Assembly (NCBI GenBank): GCA_965367815.1
Contig: CBDUKN010000028.1
Span: 1 to 27,939, forward strand
DNA: 27,939 nt
Direction of reading: 5' to 3'
Origin: an uncultured Thermoprotei archaeon
Lineage (GTDB): Archaea; Thermoproteota; Thermoprotei; Thermofilales; B15-G2
Positions 9,364 through 17,125 of this stretch are shown piece by piece. The notes under the pieces were generated by a model, which did no database searches, was not told the origin of the DNA, and was given only the letters and a program-made list of their open reading frames with translations. Numbering within the stretch: position 1 is the stretch's first letter; every line of letters starts with the position of its first letter. Made by a program: the position numbers and the translations under genes.

Positions 9364-10656
9364 ATTGAATACCTACCGATAGCCAAACTCCTTTCTTCCC
9401 CAAAAGAGGGAGAAGAAGTAGCTATTAGAGGATGGGTCTACAGAAAAAGAGAACTCAAAACAGGAGTATTCATTCTCGTAAGAGACTCTACTGGAGTAGT
9501 ACAGTGTGTAGTTAAGCCAGCAAATAAGGAAGCTTATCAAAAAGCTCTAGAGCTAGGTATAGAAAGTTCACTTAAATTAAAAGGAGTAGTCAAACTAGAC
9601 AAACGTGCTCCAGGCGGAGTAGAACTCCACGTAACAAAACTTGAGCCAGTTCACGTAAACTCTATTTTCCCAATAACTAAGGACGCTTCACCTGAATACC
9701 TGCTAGACGTTAGACATCTATGGCTAAGAAGCCGTAAAATGAACGCAGTTCTTAAAATAAGGCATACAGTCTTCGGAGCAATACACGAGTATTTCAGAAG
9801 CAAAGGCTTCTACGAAGTACAATGCCCCACATTCATTACGGCTGCATGTGAAGGAGGAGCAACACTATTCTCAGTAGACTACTTCGGAAGAAAAGACGTA
9901 TACTTAACGCAGTCGGCGCAGTTCTACTTAGAAGCACTCATATTCACGCTAGAAAAAGTCTACACAATAGCTCCTTCATTTAGAGCAGAGAAATCGAGAA
10001 CAAGGAGGCATCTAACAGAGTTCTGGCACGCTGAGGCAGAAGTAGCGTGGTGCGGGCTAGAAGATATAATGAAAATTGAAGAAGAGCTAGTAACATATAT
10101 TGTCAGAAAAGTCTTAAATGAAAGACTAGAAGAATTAAGTTTCCTTAAAAGGGATATAAATATGCTAGAAAACGTTAAGCCTCCATTCTACAGAATCACT
10201 TACGATGAAGCTTTAGAAATAATCAACAGAAAGGGATTCAGCCTTAAGTGGGGAGAAGACTTCGGAGCAGACGAAGAAAGAGCTCTGACAAAAGAATTCG
10301 ACAAACCAGTCTTCGTGTACGGCTATCCAGAAGAATGTAAAGCATTTTACCACAAAAACGACCCCAAGAGGCCGGAAGTCACTCTCTCAGTAGACCTACT
10401 GGCGCCAGAAGGCTACGGCGAAATAATAGGCGGAGGAGAAAGAATAGCCGACGAAAAAGAACTCGTCGAGAAAATAAAGAGATTTGGTCTTAGAGCAGAA
10501 GACTATGAATGGTACATAGACTTAAGAAGGTACGGCAGCGTACCTCACGCTGGATTCGGACTAGGAGTAGACAGAACAGTCATGTGGATAGCGGGACTAG
10601 ACCACATAGTAAACGCAATTCCATTCCCCAGAACCATTAGAAGAGTATACCCGTAG
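9364..10656 (+). CDS. asnS: Asparagine--tRNA ligase (full length, probable ATT start; ORF track start at 9739 is truncated)
   Basis: Frame is open from 9346 and encodes the OB-fold anticodon domain (IRGWVYRKR...FILVRDSTG.VQCV, RAPGGVE, LLDVRHLWLRS) ahead of CEGGATLF, YLTQSAQFYLE, FRAEKSRTRRHLTEF, GEIIGGGER, PHAGFGLGVDR. Confidence 0.93.
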   Translation: MEYLPIAKLLSSPKEGEEVAIRGWVYRKRELKTGVFILVRDSTGVVQCVVKPANKEAYQKALELGIESSLKLKGVVKLDKRAPGGVELHVTKLEPVHVNSIFPITKDASPEYLLDVRHLWLRSRKMNAVLKIRHTVFGAIHEYFRSKGFYEVQCPTFITAACEGGATLFSVDYFGRKDVYLTQSAQFYLEALIFTLEKVYTIAPSFRAEKSRTRRHLTEFWHAEAEVAWCGLEDIMKIEEELVTYIVRKVLNERLEELSFLKRDINMLENVKPPFYRITYDEALEIINRKGFSLKWGEDFGADEERALTKEFDKPVFVYGYPEECKAFYHKNDPKRPEVTLSVDLLAPEGYGEIIGGGERIADEKELVEKIKRFGLRAEDYEWYIDLRRYGSVPHAGFGLGVDRTVMWIAGLDHIVNAIPFPRTIRRVYP

Positions 10657-10663
10657 TGATAAA

Positions 10664-12190
10664 ATGCTATCAACAACTATTAAGAAAGCAGCAGAAGTCC
10701 TCTTAAAGTTACCTAAAACTGAAACAGACTATTTCTTAGCCTCAAGATCATTGCCTTATCCAGTACAAAAAGCTTTAGAAAAACACCTTGAAGAAGGAAA
10801 AACAGCCTTAGAGAAAGCCGCAGGATACTCTATCGTAGGAGAGAGAGCAGTAGCACTGATATTAGACAGAGACCTGTACTCAGGTACAAGCACACTTAGC
10901 TCACTTTCTTTCACAGGAATTCGTGGAGGACTTGTAGCAGTAGTACTAGAAATGTTTGATGACATAAGGTTCTTTGCAGAGAAAATAGGTTTACCCTGTG
11001 TAGACTACAATCCCCGAAAGCCTATCATAAAATACGTAAACACAGTTTTAGACTACTCTGAAGCAACGGAACTACCCTTCATACTAAGAGTACCGCTATT
11101 CTCGCTAACTGAAGCACTTATTGGTGAAGACTCTACGAAAAGAGTGCATCCAAGACCTTACTTCAACAAACACTGGCTAAGACCCTACCGTTGGAATATC
11201 ATAGCTAGCAGAAATCTTGAAAAAAGCATAGCAGATCACGAGAGAAACTTAAAAGTACTAGAGAAGCTGAGCACAGAGCTTGAAATCAACGAAGTAGAAG
11301 AAAAGGACTCCAGAAAAGTAGCAGTTATCTCGGCAAGCTGCAGCCAAGAAGCACCAGAAGAAGGAACTACTATTACTCTAGCTTTTATGAACCCCTTCCC
11401 AAGAAAAATACTAGAGAAATATTTTGCTGAAGCCGAAGAAATCACAGTAATTGATTCAGGAAAACTCTATATTAGAGAAAAAATAGGGCTAAATGAAGTC
11501 AAAGTAAAGAAAATCGAGCAAAAGTACGAAAAAATATGCGGAGGCTGCCCCTTCCCCTACTTACTTTACGCAGTAGACAAAGCTCTCAGTGAAGAAGATG
11601 AAGTAGGAGTAGTATGCGTAGACATGAACTGCTACACACTAGTATTCACTACACAGAGACCTTTCCCTGAAAACTACCAAATAAAGTCGACAAGCTTCTT
11701 CCAAAAAGACTTCAGAGATACAGCAGACGTAGTGCTCTCAGAAAATTCTTCAATAAACATAGCTAAAGCAGTAGCCGAAACAGGCTACCAAGATGGACCA
11801 GTAATAGCTATAACAGACCTCCATAAAGCAAAAAGCGCCAAAAACCTACCAGCCAACCTCTATATAATTGCAGTAAACACTCTCGGCGAAAAACACGAGT
11901 TCAGAAAACTACCATCGAATCTAGACGACCTAGTCAGGCAGCTAACTGAAATATTTAAAACAGAAGACAACTGCATAGCAGTACTAGATAAACCGTGTCC
12001 TTTAATAACAGAAAATAGATGCAACTCAATAGAAATAGATGAAGAGTTATGTGACAAATGCGGAGAATGCCTCAAACTTCTATGCGAAGCGCTTACACTA
12101 GAAGGAGGACACATAGTAGTCAAAAAAGAATACTGCAGAAAATGCAGCTACTGCGTCGAAATATGCTCTAGAAACGCTATAAAACTATAG
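10664..12190 (+). CDS. Divergent indolepyruvate:ferredoxin oxidoreductase alpha (IorA)-like protein with C-terminal 2x[4Fe-4S] ferredoxin domain
   Basis: LPFILR, CGGCPF (cf. CPGCPH), DMNCY (cf. DIGCY) and C-terminal CDKCGEC...C / CRKCSYC...C; the TPP-binding GD(S/G) motif is not recognisable. Confidence 0.65.
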   Translation: MLSTTIKKAAEVLLKLPKTETDYFLASRSLPYPVQKALEKHLEEGKTALEKAAGYSIVGERAVALILDRDLYSGTSTLSSLSFTGIRGGLVAVVLEMFDDIRFFAEKIGLPCVDYNPRKPIIKYVNTVLDYSEATELPFILRVPLFSLTEALIGEDSTKRVHPRPYFNKHWLRPYRWNIIASRNLEKSIADHERNLKVLEKLSTELEINEVEEKDSRKVAVISASCSQEAPEEGTTITLAFMNPFPRKILEKYFAEAEEITVIDSGKLYIREKIGLNEVKVKKIEQKYEKICGGCPFPYLLYAVDKALSEEDEVGVVCVDMNCYTLVFTTQRPFPENYQIKSTSFFQKDFRDTADVVLSENSSINIAKAVAETGYQDGPVIAITDLHKAKSAKNLPANLYIIAVNTLGEKHEFRKLPSNLDDLVRQLTEIFKTEDNCIAVLDKPCPLITENRCNSIEIDEELCDKCGECLKLLCEALTLEGGHIVVKKEYCRKCSYCVEICSRNAIKL

Positions 12191-12409
12191 CTACTCTTCT
12201 TTTCTGAGAATAGTCACATTTATTACATGTAGCGCCACTGCTACACCTAAAGCAGCAGCAGACACTAGCGAAATAAGCTTAACACTCTCATAAAGCGGCG
12301 TATACTCGAACGAAGGCAAGAGCACAAAATACAGATAAGCAACGAACATCAAGTACAGCAGTATATTGACGATAGCTAGTGCCTTAGGAAAATCTATCCT
12401 CTTCTTCAC
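12191..12409 (-). CDS. Small two-helix membrane protein of unknown function
   Basis: 72 aa, basic N-terminus, two long hydrophobic segments; TATA-like TTATTAAG upstream on the minus strand. Confidence 0.65.
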   Translation of the reverse strand: MKKRIDFPKALAIVNILLYLMFVAYLYFVLLPSFEYTPLYESVKLISLVSAAALGVAVALHVINVTILRKEE

Positions 12410-12763
12410 ATAGCTCTAATCGCCGTATAAGCTTAATAACCTTTTTCCGTATACTTCCATTAATTTCCAGTGCTACAGTAAGACACTCTATACTTTCTCT
12501 TCGGTATAAAAATTACCTCATTTAAATAAGAATATCACCAAAAGCTCTGCATCTTTTTAGCCTCTTTAGAAATTTTCTCTCGCGATTAACTTGAAGTAGC
12601 TACAGTAATAGCATTTAAACAAATTACAGACTACTATTAATAAATACCTTAAATTCATCTACCTTCAAACTCTTCTTTAAGGTACATTCTGGAAATTTCT
12701 TACATCTAAAAAGATTGATATATTCTAAAACATTACATAACTTTTCATATTTTTTCTATTTTC

Positions 12764-12806
12764 AGTTAAATTATTTAACTTAAGTAGGTCTTTTATTTAA
12801 CTTAAG
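12764..12806. repeat. ATTTAACT motif in three copies (one inverted, two direct)
   Basis: AGTTAAAT-T-ATTTAACT inverted repeat at 12764-12780; TTATTTAACTTAAG directly repeated at 12771-12784 and 12793-12806. Confidence 0.6.
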
Positions 12807-12819
12807 AAATAGCTCAAAT

Positions 12820-12877
12820 CCCTCTCCTAAATGCCTTCTAATCATCAGTCATCGTAACTCTGATCGATCATCGGGCT
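12820..12877 (-). ncRNA. Probable box C/D methylation-guide sRNA with two guides to 23S rRNA H69-H71
   Basis: Minus strand reads AGC-CCGATGA(C)-TCGATCAGAGTTACG-ATGA(D')-CTGATGA(C')-TTAGAAGGCATTTAG-GAGA(D, non-canonical)-GGG. The guides are complementary to GUAACUCUGA and AAAUGCCUU, recalled as neighbouring conserved crenarchaeal 23S segments. Confidence 0.7.
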
Positions 12878-13009
12878 AAAATAAATTCCTTAAAAGAAAA
12901 CTTAAGCTTAACTCTTCTACTCGCAAAAACTAAGGCCAACATTTAGGTACAGAATAACTAAAAGAAAAGAAACAAAATCTAATATTTTGACTCAGAAGGA
13001 GAAGCATTA

Positions 13010-13045
13010 GGCACCAAATTTTTATAAAAATGGAGCTCTATAGTA
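13010..13045. repeat. Left copy of 36-bp palindromic inverted repeat, overlapping the ATPase TATA box
   Basis: GGCACCAAATTTTTATAAAAATGGAGCTCTATAGTA; 28/36 identical to the reverse complement of 14453-14488. Confidence 0.8.
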
Positions 13046-13051
13046 CATACC

Positions 13052-14356
13052 GTGATAGATAAGGAACTTGTAAAAAGATATATTGTCGAGTTTCGTAGAA
13101 GGGATTTCTCTGATGTTAAGAGAAGAGAATTAAAAGTTGAATTTATTAAAGGTAAAGCAATATGTATTGTCGGGCCTAGGAGAGTTGGAAAAACCTATTT
13201 CCTTTACTCATTGATGATGAATCTAGAGAACCAACTTTACGTTGATTTCGAGCACCCAGTCTTCTATAACGTTTCTCCGAGAGATATAATTCATATAATT
13301 GACTCCTATTTCGAGCTATATCCAGAAAGAAAAAATCTCTATGTATTTTTGGACGAGGTTCAAGCAGTAGAAGATTGGGAAAGGATAGTGAGATACCTAC
13401 TAGATAGAGGTTTTTATGTTGCAGTAACAGGGTCTTCGTCTAGATTAATGTCACATGAAATAGCTACACATCTTAGAGGTAGATCCATAACATATTACTT
13501 ACTTACTCTAAGTTTTAGAGAAGCTTTAAATTTTAAAAATATAGAACATAAGGGAGAAAACTTCTATTTAAATTATAGCAAAATTAAAGGACTTATATCG
13601 GAGTACCTGAAATATGGAGGTTACCCAGAGGTTATTCTCTATGATGTAAAGGAGAGGGTCTTAAAAGAATATCTTAACTTAATAATAAGAAGAGATATTA
13701 TTGAAAGATATAATATCAGAAATAAGCATCTAATAAATGAATTAATATACTTTGCAATAAATAATTATTCTAGATACATTTCCTATGATTCGCTTCTTAA
13801 GCTTTTTAAACAAAGACTAAACGTTACTAAAAGAACTATAATTAACTACTTGTCCTACTTTGAGGACTCTATGCTATTCTTCTTTCTAAGGAGATTTGAA
13901 CCGTCTATTAAGTCTAGAATTGTTTCTCCAAGGAAAATTTATCTAATAGATACAGGTTTCGGAATTTTCGGAAATAAAAGCATTTCAAGAGATATGGAAA
14001 ATGCGGTATTCTTAGAATTACTAAGAAGAAAATACTACTTTAATCCATTATGTGAAATATACTACTTTAAGGACTCCCAAGGACATGAAGTAGATTTCGT
14101 AGTGAAAGAAGGTGATAAAGTAAAAGAGTGTATAAATGTGACATATGCTAGTGGCTTTGATGAAATCGATAAAAGGGAATGGAGAAGTTTATTGAAGGCA
14201 AGAGAGGTATTAGGATGTAGTAAGCTAACTATAGTGACATGGGACTACGAGGACAAAAAAGAATTAAGCTGGTTTGGAAGAAGAGGAGAAATAAGTTTTG
14301 TTCCACTATGGAAGTGGCTGCTACAAATTCCTAGTAAAGAAAGAAGAAGATATTGA
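13052..14356 (+). CDS. AAA+ ATPase, COG1373 type (AAA_14 + DUF4143)
   Basis: Walker A GPRRVGKT, Walker B VFLDEVQ, TGSS, YLKYGGYPE, RKIYLIDTG, ENAVFLEL, EVDFVV; visibly more AT-rich than the flanking core genes. Confidence 0.92.
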   Translation: MIDKELVKRYIVEFRRRDFSDVKRRELKVEFIKGKAICIVGPRRVGKTYFLYSLMMNLENQLYVDFEHPVFYNVSPRDIIHIIDSYFELYPERKNLYVFLDEVQAVEDWERIVRYLLDRGFYVAVTGSSSRLMSHEIATHLRGRSITYYLLTLSFREALNFKNIEHKGENFYLNYSKIKGLISEYLKYGGYPEVILYDVKERVLKEYLNLIIRRDIIERYNIRNKHLINELIYFAINNYSRYISYDSLLKLFKQRLNVTKRTIINYLSYFEDSMLFFFLRRFEPSIKSRIVSPRKIYLIDTGFGIFGNKSISRDMENAVFLELLRRKYYFNPLCEIYYFKDSQGHEVDFVVKEGDKVKECINVTYASGFDEIDKREWRSLLKAREVLGCSKLTIVTWDYEDKKELSWFGRRGEISFVPLWKWLLQIPSKERRRY

Positions 14357-14452
14357 ATTTTACGCACATATTAGTGAGATAAATTAGCCTCTTAAGCAGG
14401 TTCACAGTTGTTGGTTTTAGTAAATGCTATATAAGAAGACTGCTATACTGTA

Positions 14453-14488
14453 TACTATGGAGCACCAATTTTTGCAAAAAATGGTGCC
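14453..14488. repeat. Right copy of 36-bp palindromic inverted repeat
   Basis: TACTATGGAGCACCAATTTTTGCAAAAAATGGTGCC; the 26-bp core 14462-14487 is a palindrome with one mismatched pair. Confidence 0.8.
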
Positions 14489-14574
14489 CTATTATTCATG
14501 TCTGCTGGTAAAACCCATAAAAAGAAGTATTTTGCGGAACCTACAGTAAAAATTTATCTTAATAGTATAGCAAC

Positions 14575-14901
14575 TTAAATATCACTAAAAGCTTCTAAGC
14601 TAAAAGGTATAGAGAATGCTTCTATTAAAAGCTCTAAGATTTCTTTCTCAGCGCATTCACTACACCAGCCGAGAACACTATTGTCGGAGAAAAACGCTAA
14701 TGCCACTTTTTCTTCGGTAAGCCTTGTTGCACATGAAGCACAGTAGGCTTCATCTTCGAGAAGAGAAGCGAGTACTGCTAACAGTTTCGGCTTATCTTCC
14801 TGAGGCACTTGAACCAGCTCTCCTTCAACCCATTCAAATACTCTAGGCTTATTGAGAAGCCTTACGAACAAGTAGTCCCAGAATAGTTTCGGCGACCTCA
14901 C
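14575..14901 (-). CDS. Hypothetical protein with a putative Zn finger
   Basis: 108 aa with CASC...WCSEC; divergent from the next gene across a 59-bp TATA-containing spacer. Confidence 0.6.
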   Translation of the reverse strand: MRSPKLFWDYLFVRLLNKPRVFEWVEGELVQVPQEDKPKLLAVLASLLEDEAYCASCATRLTEEKVALAFFSDNSVLGWCSECAEKEILELLIEAFSIPFSLEAFSDI

Positions 14902-14960
14902 TCTCTTTCCCCATAATCTTTTTCTATAAACTATATAAGGGTACGAAGATAAGAGTCACG

Positions 14961-16043
14961 ATGGATGTTATCGTCAAAACCCCTAGAGAAATGGAAAATA
15001 TTGCGGCTTCCCACATAGAAGAAGTACTTGAACATAAGTGCACAGTAAAGCCGAGGCCTTGGGGGCTTCTTGGAATAGTTTTAGTAGACGGTACCGAGGA
15101 CAAGAGGAAAGCTGCGAAACTAATATCAGAAAACGTACCTGAGGCATCACTTGTTCTTGTAGTAGAAGAAGCCGTAGAGCCGCGCCTAGAAGCAATATGT
15201 GAAGCGGCGGCCAGAGTAGCTAAAAAATACTTGAAAGAAGGAGAAACATTTGCTATACGCACAACAAAGAGAGGGAAACATGAATTCTCTACAATAGACG
15301 TAAACGTAGCGGCAGGCAGAGCAGTACAAGAAGCAACAGGAGCAGAAGTCAACTTAGATTACCCAGACAAAGCAATATACATCGAGATCTTCAAGGACGT
15401 GGCAGCTATCTGCGTTATTCCGGGAGCCGAAGAAAGAAAGAAAATGAGGCCGGGAAAGCCAATGGTCTTAAATGTTCTCCGAAGAATCTCAGTTATACAG
15501 ATGCCCTACACAGGTCCACTAGACGGCGTCTACAGAATGGGAGTAAGAATAGGTAGAGCAGTACAGTGCTTTGAGCTAGGAGAACTATACATAGCTCACT
15601 ACAAGCCAGTTTCAGCAGAAGAACTATACACGTTTCTCAAAGGAGTCTTAGAGGGAAGAGACTCAAGATACCAAATACAAGTTAAAAGCTATGGAAGACC
15701 GGTCCACAAAGTGCCAGTATACGTGTATGAGATGTACCAGCTAGTAAGGCACATTAGAGGAAAACCCGTAATAGTCACAGACCCCCGTGGAGAATACTTA
15801 ACCCACGTTAAAGACAAAATAGCGGAGCTTTTCTCGAGAGGAGATAAAGTATACGTCTTCATAGGAGCACGCGAAGGAATACCAGTCGGCATATTCAGGT
15901 TCGCAGACCTAGTAGTAGATTTAATTCCGCAGATAACGATTTCAACAGACTACGCTCCAGTAGCCACAGTCATAGGCTTAATCGCCGCACTAGAAGAGAC
16001 GGGAGCACTACCCAAGTTCACCGGTAAACGTAAACGCAAATAA
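14961..16043 (+). CDS. THUMP domain + SPOUT-class RNA methyltransferase fusion
   Basis: THUMP: TFAIRTTKRGKHEFS...G..V.......VNLDYPD; SPOUT knot-like: VIVTDPRG...VFIGAREGIP....ADLVVDL....TISTD. Confidence 0.82.
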   Translation: MDVIVKTPREMENIAASHIEEVLEHKCTVKPRPWGLLGIVLVDGTEDKRKAAKLISENVPEASLVLVVEEAVEPRLEAICEAAARVAKKYLKEGETFAIRTTKRGKHEFSTIDVNVAAGRAVQEATGAEVNLDYPDKAIYIEIFKDVAAICVIPGAEERKKMRPGKPMVLNVLRRISVIQMPYTGPLDGVYRMGVRIGRAVQCFELGELYIAHYKPVSAEELYTFLKGVLEGRDSRYQIQVKSYGRPVHKVPVYVYEMYQLVRHIRGKPVIVTDPRGEYLTHVKDKIAELFSRGDKVYVFIGAREGIPVGIFRFADLVVDLIPQITISTDYAPVATVIGLIAALEETGALPKFTGKRKRK

Positions 16044-16075
16044 TTTCCTATTAATACTTTCTATGAGGTGTTCGC

Positions 16076-17116
16076 GTGAACACGCCTTTAGAAGACCCCG
16101 TAGTAAAAGCAGATATCTCGCTTATAGTAAAAACGCTTGAAGAAAAAGACTGCGCCAATTTCTTCGAAAACAAAACAGTCTTAATAACAGGTGTAGCAGG
16201 ATTTCTTGGAAGCTGGCTAGCAGACACATTAGCGGCGCTAGACTCTAAGGTAATAGGAGTAGATAATTTAGCTACAGGAAGCCTAAACAATATAAACCAC
16301 TTACTCAAGTCAAACAACTTCAAATTTATTAAAGCAGATGTAACAAAACTAGAGCCGCCAAAAGAGAAACTAGACATAGTCTTACACTTGGCAGCAAGAC
16401 CTTCTCCCGACGATTACTTCAAACACCCCGTAGAAACACTACTCACGAGCAGCGAAGGCACTCTAAAAGCACTAGAAATAGCACGACGCAACGACGCAGT
16501 CTTCCTCTTCACATCTACTTCAGAAGTCTACGGAGACGCCGAAGTAATACCAACACCCGAAACATACTGGGGTAAAGTAAACCCAGTAGGCCCCCGTTCA
16601 TGCTACGACGAAGGAAAACGCTACGCAGAAGCACTCTGCATAGCCTACTTAAGGCAGTACGGACTAGACATTAGAATAAGCCGCATATTCAACACATACG
16701 GGCCTCGACTAGACTGGAGAAACCCAGGCTACGGGCGAGTAGTAGTCAAGTTCATAGTCCAAGCCCTCAAAGGAGAGCCAATAACAGTACACGGAGACGG
16801 CCTACAGACACGAAGCTTCTGCTATGTCTCAGACAACATTGAAGCACACTTACTCTTCCTCGCTAAAAAAGAGCTTAAAGGAGAAATACTCAACATAGGA
16901 AACCCCGAAGAAGTAACCATACTTGATTTAGCTAAAACAGTAATAGAGCTAACAGGCTCCAAGTCAAAAATAGTACATACTCCGCCGAGACCCGACGACC
17001 CCCGCAGAAGAAAACCAGACATAACGAAAGCCGTCAAGCTACTAGACTGGAAGCCTAAAATAAGCCTCAGAGAAGGACTAGCCAAAACCATAGAGTGGAT
17101 CAAACCTAGACTCTAA
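16076..17116 (+). CDS. UDP-glucuronate decarboxylase (UDP-xylose synthase) family SDR
   Basis: GVAGFLG, TSTSEVYGD, YWGKVNPVGPRSCYDEGKR, RIFNTYGPR, GDGLQTRSFCYV, DDPRRRKPDI; SD GAGGTG before GTG. Confidence 0.9.
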   Translation: MNTPLEDPVVKADISLIVKTLEEKDCANFFENKTVLITGVAGFLGSWLADTLAALDSKVIGVDNLATGSLNNINHLLKSNNFKFIKADVTKLEPPKEKLDIVLHLAARPSPDDYFKHPVETLLTSSEGTLKALEIARRNDAVFLFTSTSEVYGDAEVIPTPETYWGKVNPVGPRSCYDEGKRYAEALCIAYLRQYGLDIRISRIFNTYGPRLDWRNPGYGRVVVKFIVQALKGEPITVHGDGLQTRSFCYVSDNIEAHLLFLAKKELKGEILNIGNPEEVTILDLAKTVIELTGSKSKIVHTPPRPDDPRRRKPDITKAVKLLDWKPKISLREGLAKTIEWIKPRL

Positions 17117-17125
17117 AGTGAGAAC

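Noticed and set aside
12185-12196. Back-to-back stop codons (TAGCTA), and the 27-bp convergent overlap at 23931-23957
   Set aside because: Typical of compact archaeal genomes; no further structure seen.
12410-13050. Replication origin in the long AT-rich gap (TTCCAGTG near 12465 resembles part of an ORB)
   Set aside because: Only a partial single match, with no G-string, no repeated ORBs and no cdc6/orc1 nearby.
14406-14421. AGTTGTTGG match to the coiled-coil gene promoter block
   Set aside because: Only 9 bp and lacks the TATA and SD parts; compatible with chance.
13010-14488. Classical IS element call for the repeat-flanked ATPase
   Set aside because: No DDE, HUH or serine/tyrosine recombinase gene and no target-site duplication; kept only as a hypothesis in findings.
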